In this document: in pieces, positions 46,501 through 55,475 of the stretch
Position numbering within the stretch: the first letter of the stretch is position 1
Layout of the letters: each line of letters begins with the position of its first letter
Origin: Chloroflexota bacterium
GTDB lineage: Bacteria; Chloroflexota; Dehalococcoidia; Tepidiformales; Tepidiformaceae
Assembly: GCA_016234445.1 (NCBI GenBank)
Contig: JACRBT010000008.1
Coordinates: forward strand, 9,109-73,108
Length of the DNA: 64,000 bases
Reading direction: 5' to 3'
The notes under the pieces: model-generated
What the model saw: only the letters and a program-made list of their open reading frames with translations
Told to the model about the DNA's origin: nothing
Databases searched by the model: none
Program-made: the position numbers and the translations under genes

Positions 46501-47056
46501 CGAACAGAACGACCTCCTCGTCTGGCCCGGGTTCGAAAACGGCAAGCCGACTGGCGACCCCGTCCGCTTCCGTTTCCCCCGCCAGACCAGCGGCCGCCGC
46601 CTCTGCATCGCCGACTTCTTCCGCGACGATCCCGCCGCCGGCTACGACGTCGTGGGCCTCGACGTCGTCACCATGGGCCCGCGCGCGAGCGAGTTCGCCC
46701 AGGAGCTATTCAAGGCGAACGAATTCCGCGAATACCTCCACTTCCACGGGTTCGCGGTCGAAAGCACGGAGGGGCTGGCCGAATACTGGCATCGCCGCAT
46801 CCGGGAAGAACTCGGCATCGCCGGGGACGACAAGCCGACGGTGAAGGAGATCTTCGCCCAGGGCTACCGCGGCAGCCGCTACGCCTTCGGCTATCCCGCC
46901 TGCCCCGACCTCGAAGAGCAGGCCGGGATCGCGCAGCTGCTCGACCCGTCGCGGATCGGCTGCGAACTCAGCGAAACCTTCCAGTGGCACCCGGAGCAAT
47001 CGACCAGCGCGGTGATCGTCCACCACCCGGAGGCGCGCTACTTCGTCGTCCGGTAG
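43577..47056 (+). CDS. metH: Cobalamin-dependent methionine synthase
   Basis: 1159 aa with a homocysteine-binding domain, a pterin-binding domain, the B12-binding DxHxxG (GDVHDIGKN) and a C-terminal AdoMet activation domain. Confidence 0.95.
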   Translation: MDRLREQVLFAAGPIGSSILAMRPGPDYGEVDGCNEYLNISDPAALEAIFRGFYAAGADAVDSGTFGANEVVLAEFGLAARTRELNRVAAQLLGAVRDEFSTAEWPRYSFGTIGPGTRLPTLGHVTWDELVHSYREQALGLVEGGIDVLKVETCQDLLQTKAALAAISDVFAETGARLPVIASVSVETNGTMLLGSDISSALTTLEAIDIVDIIGLNCSLGPDLMMEHVRYLGEHSRRPVFVGPNAGLPELVDGEACYPLSPDEFARYQSIFVDEFGINVVAGCCGTTPEHMAAAINVVGRRAPKARPTSGYEPGCSSIYTAVPFRQETSFLVVGERTNATGSRAFRDLLLAGDLDGMVGLAREQAAEGAHVLDVMVDYVGRDGVADMEKVAGAFRTQTTLPLMFDSTEPPVIETALKLYGGKAIVNSINLEDGERKITRVLPLLKRYGAAAVALTIDEEGQARTTEWKLRVAHRIHDIAVNRYGLEPSDLLFDMLTFPLSGGQEDLRGDAIETLNAIRQVKAELPGVNTILGVSNCSFGLKPAARRVLNSVFLHEAIDHGLDAAIINARQILPLNRIPEPQLLAARDLIYDRRRPDYDPLHHFIGLFEGAEVEKTSKPDRASLPVEERLKQRIIDGDRKGIEADLDEALSGRGALAIVNEILLDGMRVVGDLFGSGKMQLPFVLQSAETMKTSVAYLEPHMEKAEGAGKGTVVLATVRGDVHDIGKNLVDIILSNNGYTVHNIGIKQPIANVIEKAAEVGADALGLSGLLVKSTVVMREDLEELNARGLARYPVLLGGAALTRKYVESDLRAIYDGNVFYCQDAFEGLSTMDHVMAAVRSGEPLTALTRGAKPVEGGVYDTVRATVPAAAARAAEREYVRSDVRRLAPAEIPVPPFWGSRVVAGIPLRDVFPWVNETALFRGQWQYQKGERSDGEYAAFVENEVRPVFRRWQDRAIKEQLLVPQVAYGYFPCIAEQNDLLVWPGFENGKPTGDPVRFRFPRQTSGRRLCIADFFRDDPAAGYDVVGLDVVTMGPRASEFAQELFKANEFREYLHFHGFAVESTEGLAEYWHRRIREELGIAGDDKPTVKEIFAQGYRGSRYAFGYPACPDLEEQAGIAQLLDPSRIGCELSETFQWHPEQSTSAVIVHHPEARYFVVR

Positions 47057-47063
47057 GGGCGGC

Positions 47064-47843
47064 TCAAGCCAGCCCGAAGAGCGCGTCGAGGCCGACGACC
47101 AGGTGGTCCAGCCCCATCACCGCCCGCGTCGCCGCGATCACCCCCGGCATGAAGGAGTCGCGGCCGGTGCTGTCATGGCGGATGGTCAGCGTCTGGCCGA
47201 TGCCGCCGAAGATGACTTCCTGGTGGGCGACCAGCCCCGGCAGCCGCACCGAGTGGATGGCGATGCCCCCGAGTTCGCCGCCGCGCGTCCCCGGGATCGT
47301 CTCTTTCTCCGTCGGCGGGTGGATGAAGGGCGCCTTGCGCTCGGCCCGCATCAGTTCGGCGGTGGTCTTCGCCGTGCCGCTGGGGGCGTCCACCTTTTGG
47401 TCGTGGTGCAGCTCGATGATCTCGGCGTTGTCGAAGAACCGGGCGGCCTGGCGGGCGAAGTGCATCATCAAGACGGCGCCGATGGCGAAGTTCGCGGCGA
47501 CGACCGCGCCAACCTTCCGCCCCCGCGACTCCGACTCCAGCCACCGCATGAACTCGGCCGGGAGCCCGGTCGTGCCGATCACCGGCCGCACACCGGCCGC
47601 CAGCGCCGCCTTCGCCAGGACAGGCGTCCAGGCCGCGTTCGTGAAGTCGATGACCGCGTCAGCCTTCGTCTCGGCGAAACACTGCCCGGCGTCGCGATAG
47701 AGCGGCAGCCCGGCAAAGGTGCCAGGCGCCGCCAGACCATCGACATAGGCGACGGGCGTCATGCCCTCTGCGGCAGCGACCGCTTCGCCGACCTGGCGGC
47801 CCATCTTCCCGGAACCGGAGACAACCACGCGTATCTCTGTCAT
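47064..47843 (-). CDS. dapB: 4-hydroxy-tetrahydrodipicolinate reductase
   Basis: ATG 47843 within ORF 47064..48863. Motifs are VVVSGSGKMGR and ELHHDQKVDAPSGTA. Confidence 0.9.
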   Translation of the reverse strand: MTEIRVVVSGSGKMGRQVGEAVAAAEGMTPVAYVDGLAAPGTFAGLPLYRDAGQCFAETKADAVIDFTNAAWTPVLAKAALAAGVRPVIGTTGLPAEFMRWLESESRGRKVGAVVAANFAIGAVLMMHFARQAARFFDNAEIIELHHDQKVDAPSGTAKTTAELMRAERKAPFIHPPTEKETIPGTRGGELGGIAIHSVRLPGLVAHQEVIFGGIGQTLTIRHDSTGRDSFMPGVIAATRAVMGLDHLVVGLDALFGLA

Positions 47844-47984
47844 CGTCCGCAGATTGTACAGGCAGCGCGCAAGGGGTGGATGGGGCGCGTTCCTCCCCGG
47901 CAACCCGCACATTCGCCCGCCGCGCCGCCGCTCGCTAGACTCGCCCCCAACAGGCACAGCCAAGACATCGTGGAGGGAATCAGC

Positions 47985-48800
47985 GTGGGAAAGCTTGATG
48001 GGAAGGTCGCGCTCGTCACGGGCGCGGCCTCGGGCAACGGCCGGGGCATGGCCATCCGCTTCGCCGAAGACGGCGCCGACGTGGTCATCGCCGACGTCGG
48101 CGACGCCGGGATGGCCGAGACCGCACGCCTCGTGAAGCAACAGGAACGCCAGGCACTCACGCAGCGCTGCGACGTCCGCAAGAAGGACGACGTCGACGCC
48201 CTGATCGCGGCCACCGTCGCGCGCTTTGGCCGCCTCGACGTCGCGGTCGCGAACGCGGGCGTGGTCGAAATGGGTTCGAACTGCCTGACCATGACCGAGG
48301 AGCAGTGGGACCGCACTATCGACATCAACCTCAAGGGCGTGTTCTTCACCCTCCAGGCGGCGGCGAACCAGATGGTCGCCCAGGGCAAGGGCGGCCGCCT
48401 CATCGCCATCTCCAGCATCATGGGCGAATGGGGCAGCGCCGGGACGCCGGCCTACTGCGCCAGCAAGGGCGGTGTGAAGCAGCTCGTGAAGTCGTTCGCG
48501 CTCGCCGTCGGTCCCTTCGGGATCACCTGCAACGCCATCGGCCCCGGCTTCATCGAAACCGCGATGACCTCGTTCATCCGCGAACTGCCGCTGATCAACG
48601 AGAACCTGGTGGACCACACCCCCGTGGGCCGTTTCGGCCAGCCGGACGAGGTGGCGGCGGTCGCCAGCTTCCTCGCCGGGGACGACGCCGCCTTCGTCAA
48701 CGGCACCACCATCTTCCCCGACGGCGGCATCCTCGCCGGCAACTACAGCGCCCGGATCAGCGCCCAGATGCAGGCGCTCGCGCAGGCGGCGGGCCAATGA
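47985..48800 (+). CDS. Short-chain dehydrogenase/reductase (classical SDR)
   Basis: GTG 47985 follows GGAGGGA. Motifs are TGAASGNGRG, NAGV, the catalytic YCASK and PGFIET. Confidence 0.85.
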   Translation: MGKLDGKVALVTGAASGNGRGMAIRFAEDGADVVIADVGDAGMAETARLVKQQERQALTQRCDVRKKDDVDALIAATVARFGRLDVAVANAGVVEMGSNCLTMTEEQWDRTIDINLKGVFFTLQAAANQMVAQGKGGRLIAISSIMGEWGSAGTPAYCASKGGVKQLVKSFALAVGPFGITCNAIGPGFIETAMTSFIRELPLINENLVDHTPVGRFGQPDEVAAVASFLAGDDAAFVNGTTIFPDGGILAGNYSARISAQMQALAQAAGQ

Positions 48801-49603
48801 CGACCGGCAGCGAACGCTACCCCTCGACCGGCAGCGCCGAGCTCTTCGGGCAATGGTGGTCACCGGCGGGCGAACCGAAAGCCGTCGTCGCCATCGTCCA
48901 CGGGTACGCCGAACACAGCGGCCGCTACGCCCAGGTCGCGGCTGACCTCAACACCGCCGGCTATGCCGTCGAAGCCCTCGACCTCCGCGGCCACGGCCAA
49001 TCGTCGGGCGAGCGGGTCTCGGTGCAGCGCTTCGAGGAGTTCCTCGACGACGTCGACGCCTTCCTCGGGCGGGTCCGGGGACGGCATCCCGGCCGCAGGC
49101 TCTTCCTTCTCGGGCACAGCATGGGCGGCGGCGTGGTGACCCTCTACACGATCCTCCGGAAGCCGCGGCTCGACGGCGTCCTCCTGAGCGGTGCGGCGCT
49201 GCTTTCGCGGCGCGAACCGCCCCCACCCGAAGCGGCGAGGCAGCCACGTGCGCCGCTGCCCGCCAGCGCCATCTCCCGCGACCCGGCGGTTGTCGCCGCC
49301 TACGAGAACGACCCCCTCGTCTACCGGGGTCCCGGGACCCCGGAGATGATGGCGGCCTTCGCCCCCGCGGGCGACATCGTCCAGGCGCGGATGGGCGAGA
49401 TCGCACTGCCGCTCCTGATCATGCACGGCACCGCCGACCTCCTCGTGCCCTACGGGGGGAGCGAACAGCTGATGGCGCGGGCAGCCTCGAAGGACAAGAC
49501 GCTGCGCCTCTACGAGGGCCTGTACCACGAGATCCTCAACGAACCCGAGCGCGGCCAGGTGCTCGCCGACGTCGTCGCCTGGCTCGACGCTCGCGCGGGG
49601 TGA
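48797..49603 (+). CDS. Alpha/beta hydrolase (lysophospholipase / monoacylglycerol lipase-like)
   Basis: ATG 48797 overlaps the SDR stop. Motifs are HGYAEHSGRY and the nucleophile elbow GHSMGG. Confidence 0.8.
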   Translation: MTTGSERYPSTGSAELFGQWWSPAGEPKAVVAIVHGYAEHSGRYAQVAADLNTAGYAVEALDLRGHGQSSGERVSVQRFEEFLDDVDAFLGRVRGRHPGRRLFLLGHSMGGGVVTLYTILRKPRLDGVLLSGAALLSRREPPPPEAARQPRAPLPASAISRDPAVVAAYENDPLVYRGPGTPEMMAAFAPAGDIVQARMGEIALPLLIMHGTADLLVPYGGSEQLMARAASKDKTLRLYEGLYHEILNEPERGQVLADVVAWLDARAG

Positions 49604-49607
49604 TGCG

Positions 49608-49814
49608 ATGAAAACCGACTTCTACGAGGCCGACGCCTTCAGCGGGAGCAAGGGCGAACACTACTGCACGATCGAGTCCGACTACCGCTGGGAGAAGGGC
49701 GACGAGGTCTGGATCGAGGCCGGCGGGCGGCGGGTGAAGCTGCGGATCACGTGGGTCAACGTCACCGTGAAGGACGGCGTCGTCAGCCGTGACCTCCTCG
49801 GCCTCAAGCTGTAG
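49608..49814 (+). CDS. Small hypothetical protein
   Basis: 68-aa ORF starting 4 nt after the upstream stop. No motif was seen. Confidence 0.35.
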   Translation: MKTDFYEADAFSGSKGEHYCTIESDYRWEKGDEVWIEAGGRRVKLRITWVNVTVKDGVVSRDLLGLKL

Positions 49815-49823
49815 CCGCCGGCC

Positions 49824-50291
49824 CTACCCGCCCGCGTCGATCGCCCGGTGGCCGCCCCAGCGCCCGACGATGATGTCGTCGTATTCGTCCGCGGTCTTCG
49901 CGACCGAGAGGACGACCCGCCGCAGGCCTTCGGGGGTGATCGCCTCGGCCGGCATGCAGTAGCTGAACCAGACATCCTGGTCTTCGTCGATCGAGAAGGC
50001 CCCGTAGAGCGCGCTGCTTTCGTTCGCCGCCAGGAGGAAGTGCATCAGGGCGTCGTCCACGCGGGGCTGCTGGACGACGATGGCGGCGACCCGGATGAAG
50101 GGCCGGTCCGAGCCGCCGAGGATGGAAATGCAGGTGGAGGCCGAACCTTCCTTCACCATCAGGCGGTCGCGAAACGCGGAAATCTCCCGCCCAAATGTCT
50201 CCGCCAGCCAATCGCGAAGGGCGCCAAGCTCCAGCTTGCCCCCGGCTACGTTCAGTTCCACAGCCACATTCCTCCCGGGCGGATGCCCCAT
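49824..50291 (-). CDS. YbjN-like / secretion-chaperone-like fold protein (tentative)
   Basis: 155 aa. The composition and the segment ALMHFLLAANESSALYGAFSIDEDQDVWF are reminiscent of YbjN-family proteins. Confidence 0.4.
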   Translation of the reverse strand: MGHPPGRNVAVELNVAGGKLELGALRDWLAETFGREISAFRDRLMVKEGSASTCISILGGSDRPFIRVAAIVVQQPRVDDALMHFLLAANESSALYGAFSIDEDQDVWFSYCMPAEAITPEGLRRVVLSVAKTADEYDDIIVGRWGGHRAIDAGG

Positions 50292-50321
50292 TCTACCCGC
50301 CCGCGCCCGCGGACGGCGCCG

Positions 50322-51362
50322 TCAGTCATCGTCGCCAGGCTCGGCGGGCGAACCGGGGCGTTTCGCCGGGATCTCCCGCGCCACTTCCCGCATCGTTTCG
50401 AGGACGCCGTTGTCGACGCCGTCGCGGGCGGCCCGGATGGCGCTGAAGATCGCCCTCGCGTTCGAACGGCCGTGGGCGATGACCGTGACCCCGTCGACCC
50501 CGAGCAACTGGGCGCCGCCGTATTCCGCGTAGTCCAGCCGCCGCTTCACCTTCCGCAGTTCGGACATGAGGATGAGGCCGGCGGCGCGGTTCCAGGGGGT
50601 CAATTCCACGGCCTTCCGGAGTTCGCCGAACATGAGCTCCGCCATGCCCTCCGCTGTCTTCAGGACGACGTTCCCGGTGAAGCCGTCCATCACGGCCACG
50701 TCACAGACGCCGCGCGTCAGGTCCTTGCCCTCGACGTTGCCGATGAAGTTGAGCTTCGAAGCCCGCAGCATCTGGTTCACTTCGATGACCAGCGTGTTGC
50801 CCTTCGTGTCCTCCTCGCCGATCGAGAGGAGGCCGACGCGCGGGCTCTCGACGTTGAACATCCGCCGCATGTAGGCCGAGCCCATGTGGGCGAACTGGAG
50901 CAGGTGGATCGGGCGGCACTCCGCATTCGCGCCCACGTCGAGGAAGATCGTGAGCCCGCCGTCGCCGGTCGGGAAGACGGTCGCCAGCGCCGGGCGGCCG
51001 ATGCCCTTGACCCGCCCGAGCGTCAGCAGCGCCGAAGCCATCGCGGCGCCTGTGTTGCCGGCGGTCACGAAGGCGTCAGCCTCGCCGTTCTTCACCATCC
51101 GTAGACCGACGTTGATCGAAGCGCCCGGCTTCGCGCGCACGGCGTCGGTCGGGTGTTCGTCCATCTCGATGACGTCGCGGGCGTCGACAACCCGGAGGCC
51201 GGGGTTCTCGGTCGTGCCCTTGAGTTCGCCGCGAATCGCCTCCACCCGCCCGACGAGGATCAGCTCCACGCCCAGCCCGCCGGCGGCCATCAGCGCGCCC
51301 GCGACGATCTCCCCGGGAGCGTTGTCGCCCCCCATCGCGTCGACGACGATGCGTGCGGTCAT
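50322..51362 (-). CDS. plsX: Phosphate acyltransferase PlsX
   Basis: IVVDAMGGDNAP, AFVTAGNTGA and GFTGNVVLKT. Confidence 0.9.
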   Translation of the reverse strand: MTARIVVDAMGGDNAPGEIVAGALMAAGGLGVELILVGRVEAIRGELKGTTENPGLRVVDARDVIEMDEHPTDAVRAKPGASINVGLRMVKNGEADAFVTAGNTGAAMASALLTLGRVKGIGRPALATVFPTGDGGLTIFLDVGANAECRPIHLLQFAHMGSAYMRRMFNVESPRVGLLSIGEEDTKGNTLVIEVNQMLRASKLNFIGNVEGKDLTRGVCDVAVMDGFTGNVVLKTAEGMAELMFGELRKAVELTPWNRAAGLILMSELRKVKRRLDYAEYGGAQLLGVDGVTVIAHGRSNARAIFSAIRAARDGVDNGVLETMREVAREIPAKRPGSPAEPGDDD

Positions 51363-52126
51363 GCCTCTGCCCTCCGAGCGATTACGATCATCCGCTCGCT
51401 GTCGTTCGTGAGCGGGCCAAGTTCATAGTCACCGTAGACATCCACCTGCGCCAGACCAGCCATCGCCAGGAGATATTCGGCTTCGAAGCGGTAGACGTAG
51501 CGAAGGAGGTGTTCGCTCGAAGCGCGGCGGACGATGCCGTCGGCGGCGGTCCGCTCATACGTGACGCGGAGCCGCCGGAGCTGCTCGCCGAGGTCGTCTT
51601 CGTGGACGTGCCAGGCATCCAGCTGTTCGCCCGATTCGAGTTCGCCCGAGAAGACCAGGAGGGGCTGGCCGTTCGTCGTGGGGTCCAGCCAGAGCGCCGG
51701 TCCGGGGAGGTCGAGCGCGAGCAGGCCGCTGAAGTGCAAGGCCGCGCCGAGCGACTGGAGCGTACGCACCTGGTCGTGGCCGGTTTCGTGATAGAGAAAG
51801 ACGTCGGCCGGGACGACCACCAGCCCGTAGTGGCCGGGTTCGAGCGCCAGGTCCACCGGCAACCCTTCGATGAAGCTCACGCCCTCGATGGCGTCGGCTT
51901 CGGCGCGCTCCCGGGCGACCGCGAGCATCGCCGGCGAGGGGTCGATCGCCACGACTTCGTGCCCCGCGCGGGCGAGTTCGAGGGCGATCCTGCCGGTCCC
52001 GGCGCCGACTTCGAGCACCGGCTGGTCGGTCCGGCCGGCGAAGGAGAGCCAGAGACCGATGTCGTCGCCCCCCCGGCCGTGGATCAGGTCGTAGTAGGCG
52101 GCGTCGACGGCGTATGGGTCTGGCAC
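51359..52126 (-). CDS. Class I SAM-dependent methyltransferase
   Basis: Motif I reads VLEVGAGTGRIALELARAG. It overlaps plsX by 4 nt. Confidence 0.8.
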   Translation of the reverse strand: MPDPYAVDAAYYDLIHGRGGDDIGLWLSFAGRTDQPVLEVGAGTGRIALELARAGHEVVAIDPSPAMLAVARERAEADAIEGVSFIEGLPVDLALEPGHYGLVVVPADVFLYHETGHDQVRTLQSLGAALHFSGLLALDLPGPALWLDPTTNGQPLLVFSGELESGEQLDAWHVHEDDLGEQLRRLRVTYERTAADGIVRRASSEHLLRYVYRFEAEYLLAMAGLAQVDVYGDYELGPLTNDSERMIVIARRAEA

Positions 52127-52170
52127 AACCGCCGATGCTAGGGAGCCACGGCCCCGGGGTCAACGCGAAG

Positions 52171-52194
52171 GGGGCCACTCGTCTGAGTGGCCCC
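52171..52194 (-). terminator. Hairpin downstream of rplA
   Basis: GGGGCCACTC-gtct-GAGTGGCCCC, 26 nt after the rplA stop. Confidence 0.5.
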
Positions 52195-52219
52195 TTCGGA
52201 GTTTGCGTCGTCGCGGCCG

Positions 52220-52933
52220 TCAGGCGCTGCGGAGCCCGAGAGTCTGGGCGAGGTCCAGGTGGATGCCCGGGCCCATCGTCGTCGTCAGCGTTGCGCTGCG
52301 GATGTACTGGCCCTTCGCTTCCCGGGGCTTGGCCGCGTTCACCGCTTCGATAAACGCGGTCAGGTTTTCCTTCAGCTTGTCGGTTTCGAAGCTGACCTTG
52401 CCGATCGGGACGTGGATGTTCGCCAGGCGGTCGAGCCGGAATTCGACGCGGCCCTGCTTGGCGTCCGCGACCGTCTTCGCGAGGTCCTCGGCGATCACGA
52501 CGGTGCCTGAACGCGGGTTCGGCATCAGGCCCCGGGGACCGAGGATGCGGCCGAGGCGGCCCACTTTGCCCATCATCTCGCGGGTGGCGATGGCGACGTC
52601 GAAGTCGGTCCAGCCGCCTTCGACCTGCTTGATCAGGTCGTCACTGCCGACAAAGTCGGCGCCGGCGTCGGTCGCGATCCGGACGGCTTCGCCTTCGGTG
52701 AAAACGAGGACGCGGAGGACCTTGCCCAGCCCGTTCGGGAGGACGGTGCTGCCGCGGATCTGCTGCTCCGCATGCCGCGGGTCGAGGCCCGTCTTGATGT
52801 GGAGCTCAACGGTTTCGTCGAACTTCGCCGGGTGGATCTCCCGCGCGAGCGTGAGAGCTTCGTCGACGGGGTAGAACTTCGACTTCTCCACCTTCGCGGC
52901 GGCTTCGAGGTAGCGCTTTCCCTTCTTCGGCAT
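52220..52933 (-). CDS. rplA: 50S ribosomal protein L1
   Basis: ATG 52933 within ORF 52220..53401. The N-terminus reads MPKKGKRYLEAAAKVEKSKFYPVDEAL, with GPRGLMPNP further in. Confidence 0.95.
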   Translation of the reverse strand: MPKKGKRYLEAAAKVEKSKFYPVDEALTLAREIHPAKFDETVELHIKTGLDPRHAEQQIRGSTVLPNGLGKVLRVLVFTEGEAVRIATDAGADFVGSDDLIKQVEGGWTDFDVAIATREMMGKVGRLGRILGPRGLMPNPRSGTVVIAEDLAKTVADAKQGRVEFRLDRLANIHVPIGKVSFETDKLKENLTAFIEAVNAAKPREAKGQYIRSATLTTTMGPGIHLDLAQTLGLRSA

Positions 52934-52935
52934 GG

Positions 52936-53358
52936 CTAAACGACCTCGATGCCCATGCTGCGGGCGGTGCCTTCGATGATCTTCATCGCCTCTTCGACGC
53001 TGTTCGCGTTGAGGTCGGGCATCTTCGTCTCGGCGATCTTCTTGAGGTCGCTCGCCTTCACCTTGCCGACTTTCGTCAGGCGAGGGCTGGCGCTGCCCTT
53101 GTCGATGCCGGCGGCCTTGCGGAGCATGTCGGCGGCCGGGGGGGTCTTGAGGACGAAGGTGAAGGAGCGGTCTTCGAAGATGGTCAGCTGGGCCGGGATG
53201 ATCTGGCCCACCATGTTCTGCGTGCGGGCGTTGTAGTCCTTGCAGAACTCCATGATGTTGACGCCGTGCTGGCCGAGGGCGGGGCCCACGGGCGGGGCCG
53301 GGTTCGCTTTCCCGGCCGGGAGTTGCAGTGTCACCACTGCCCGGACTTTCTTTGCCAA
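52936..53358 (-). CDS. rplK: 50S ribosomal protein L11
   Basis: [43 protein letters not shown]. Confidence 0.95.
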   Translation of the reverse strand: MAKKVRAVVTLQLPAGKANPAPPVGPALGQHGVNIMEFCKDYNARTQNMVGQIIPAQLTIFEDRSFTFVLKTPPAADMLRKAAGIDKGSASPRLTKVGKVKASDLKKIAETKMPDLNANSVEEAMKIIEGTARSMGIEVV

Positions 53359-53488
53359 GGGGGATTCTCCGGTGCGTGCTAACGGTGCGCGCCAGGCGCA
53401 CCTCCGCGAGTACCCGCAGAGCGGGCCGAAGGTTCAGTATCGCAGGTCGAACGAGGAACGAGCAAAGAACGGCGGCTCCCCGCGCCGG

Positions 53489-53680
53489 TCAACTGTCCGA
53501 GGCAGCCTTGAGGGCTTCCTCCCGCTGGATCTCAAGCATGAGTTCGACCGCAGCGGTGAGGTTCTGGCGGACCTCCTCGATCGTTTCGCCCTGGCCGTTC
53601 GCGCCCGGGACCTCAGGGCAGTAGGCCCAGAAGCCGCCCTCGGCCGCCGGCTCAATGATGGCCGTAAACTCGTTCCTCAT
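53489..53680 (-). CDS. HicB-like (UPF0150) antitoxin-family protein, no cognate hicA found
   Basis: 63 aa with FTAIIEPAAEGGFWAYCPEVPGANGQGETIEEVRQNLTAAVEL, typical of the HicB N-terminal domain. Confidence 0.6.
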   Translation of the reverse strand: MRNEFTAIIEPAAEGGFWAYCPEVPGANGQGETIEEVRQNLTAAVELMLEIQREEALKAASDS

Positions 53681-53828
53681 ATCTGGATTCTACCAGCGGG
53701 TGAGAACCGCGGGGATTCCGGGCTTTCGTGCGCTCCTGGCCCTCGACCACCAACGCCACCGCCGACCGCGGCCCCGGACAAGTGCCCTTCCACCAACCGA
53801 CCTGGATGAAGCCCGTCAAACGCCCGCG

Positions 53829-53875
53829 TTCCCCTCGCCCACCGCAGTGGGAGAGGGGGCAGGGGGTGAGGGGCA
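53829..53875. repeat. REP-like G/C-rich hairpin element, copy 2
   Basis: ttcccctcgcccaccgcagtgggagagggggcagggggtgaggggca. The stem CCCCTCGCCCAC/GTGGGAGAGGGG has one mismatch, and the tail GGGGGTGAGGGGC matches copy 1. Confidence 0.6.
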
Positions 53876-53880
53876 CAGCT

Positions 53881-54300
53881 TCATGACTGTGCACCCCACC
53901 TCCACCCCACGACCCCCTCCGGCAGCAGGACGATGACCGGCAGCCCTTCCAGCGCCATCGCCGCGTACTGCGGGTAACGTGCCCGGAGCGCCACCAGCGC
54001 ACCCGGCAACCGGTCTCCGGCGGGTTCGACCGTCGCCCGGCAGTCGAACCGCACCCATGCCAGCCGCACCCAGTCCTCGTCGTAACGATCGACGAGCAGC
54101 GTCGCCCGCGGGTCGCGTTCGATGTCACGAACGCGGGCGAGCTTCCCGCCACGCTTCGGCTTCTCGTCGACGGCGATGACGATTTCACCGTCCACGAGCG
54201 CGTAGCAGACCGGCACCAGCCGCGGCCTCCCGTCCGCCGCGATCGTCCCGAGGCGCGCGACCCGGCATTCGTCCAACAACTCCGCCTGCCACGCTTCCAT
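53881..54300 (-). CDS. Pyridoxamine 5'-phosphate oxidase-fold protein (possibly F420-dependent class)
   Basis: ECRVARLGTIAADGRPRLVPVCYALVDGEIVIAVDEKPK and LLVDRYDEDW. ATG 54300; the longest ORF runs to 54327. Confidence 0.65.
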   Translation of the reverse strand: MEAWQAELLDECRVARLGTIAADGRPRLVPVCYALVDGEIVIAVDEKPKRGGKLARVRDIERDPRATLLVDRYDEDWVRLAWVRFDCRATVEPAGDRLPGALVALRARYPQYAAMALEGLPVIVLLPEGVVGWRWGAQS

Positions 54301-54340
54301 CGCCCCATAGTAGCCGCCCGCGGCCACCCTGCCCTATCGT

Positions 54341-55300
54341 TTGGCGATGGCCGACCTCATCGTCGCCGCCGACCTCGGCGGCACCCACCTCCGCGCCGCG
54401 CTTGTGACCGCCGATGGCCACGTCCTCAAGCGCGCGGACCACCACACCCCTCCCACCGCCACCCGCGACGAGATCGTCGGCGAGGTCTGCAACCTCATGA
54501 CCGCCGTCGCCGAGGGCGCCCCCGAACGGCCGCTCGGGGCCTGTGTCGCAACCGCCGGGCTGATCGACGCCGACCAGGGCAAGGTGATCATCGCGCCGAA
54601 CATCCCCGGCTTCCGCAACCTCGTCCTCACCGACCCCGTCGCCGCCCGGCTCGGCATCCCCGCCTACATCGAAAACGATGCCAGCGCGGCCGCCCTCGGC
54701 GAATTCCGCTTCGGCGCCGGGCGCGGCACCCGCCACCTGCTCCACGCCACCCTCGGCACCGGGATCGGCGGTGGCATCGTCATCGACGGGCGCCTCTACC
54801 GCGGGGCGAAGGGCCTCGCCGGGGAGATCGGTCACATCATCCTCGACCCGGCGGGGCCGGTGTGTAACTGCGGCTCGCGGGGCTGCCTGGAGGCGATGGT
54901 GAGCGGCGTCGCCTTCGCCGCCCGTGCCCGCTACCTGGCCTCGACCGGCAAGTCGGCGCGCCTGCGCGAGATCGCCGCCGGCCGCGAACCCGACGCCTCC
55001 GACCTCCACGCCGCGGCCCTCGCCGGGGACGCCTTCGCCGAAGCCGAGATCCGCCACGGCGGGCACCTCCTCGGGCTTGGGCTCGGGAGCCTGGTCAACG
55101 TCCTCAACCCCGACGCGGTCACGCTCAGCGGCGGCCTCCTGGGCATGGGGGCGATGCTGCTCGAACCGCTGCGCGAAGCGATGTACTCGCTCGCCTACGG
55201 CCCCGCCGCCGGCACCCTCATCCGCCTGAGCGAGCTCGGCGACGACGCCGGCATCCTCGGCGCGACGGCAGTGGCGCTGGAGCGCCTGGGCCGCGGTTAG
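54341..55300 (+). CDS. ROK family sugar kinase (glucokinase-like)
   Basis: ADLGGTHLR, ENDASAAALGE and the zinc motif CNCGSRGCLE. Confidence 0.85.
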   Translation: MAMADLIVAADLGGTHLRAALVTADGHVLKRADHHTPPTATRDEIVGEVCNLMTAVAEGAPERPLGACVATAGLIDADQGKVIIAPNIPGFRNLVLTDPVAARLGIPAYIENDASAAALGEFRFGAGRGTRHLLHATLGTGIGGGIVIDGRLYRGAKGLAGEIGHIILDPAGPVCNCGSRGCLEAMVSGVAFAARARYLASTGKSARLREIAAGREPDASDLHAAALAGDAFAEAEIRHGGHLLGLGLGSLVNVLNPDAVTLSGGLLGMGAMLLEPLREAMYSLAYGPAAGTLIRLSELGDDAGILGATAVALERLGRG

Positions 55301-55475
55301 GCGATCGGGGGAGCGCCTCAGTCGCCACCGGAGGCGCTGTTACTTCGTTCGCGCGTCGAAACTGCCCTTCCTGGAGACCGCGCCGAAGAGGTGGGCTTCA
55401 CAGGGCCCGGGGGAACTTCTACTTAACGATTTGCCTAGATTCTACCTTACGCTTACACTTCGGCGAGGAGGTGCC

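Noticed and set aside
47064-48863. 599-aa minus-strand ORF containing dapB
   Set aside because: Only the C-terminal 259 aa (from ATG 47843) are DapB. The upstream part is antisense to the SDR and lipase genes.
53681-53880. A hicA toxin gene or pseudogene upstream of the HicB-like ORF
   Set aside because: I translated all three minus-strand frames. There is no GW...GSH...VP.H pattern in the proper spacing, and part of the stretch is the REP-like hairpin element.
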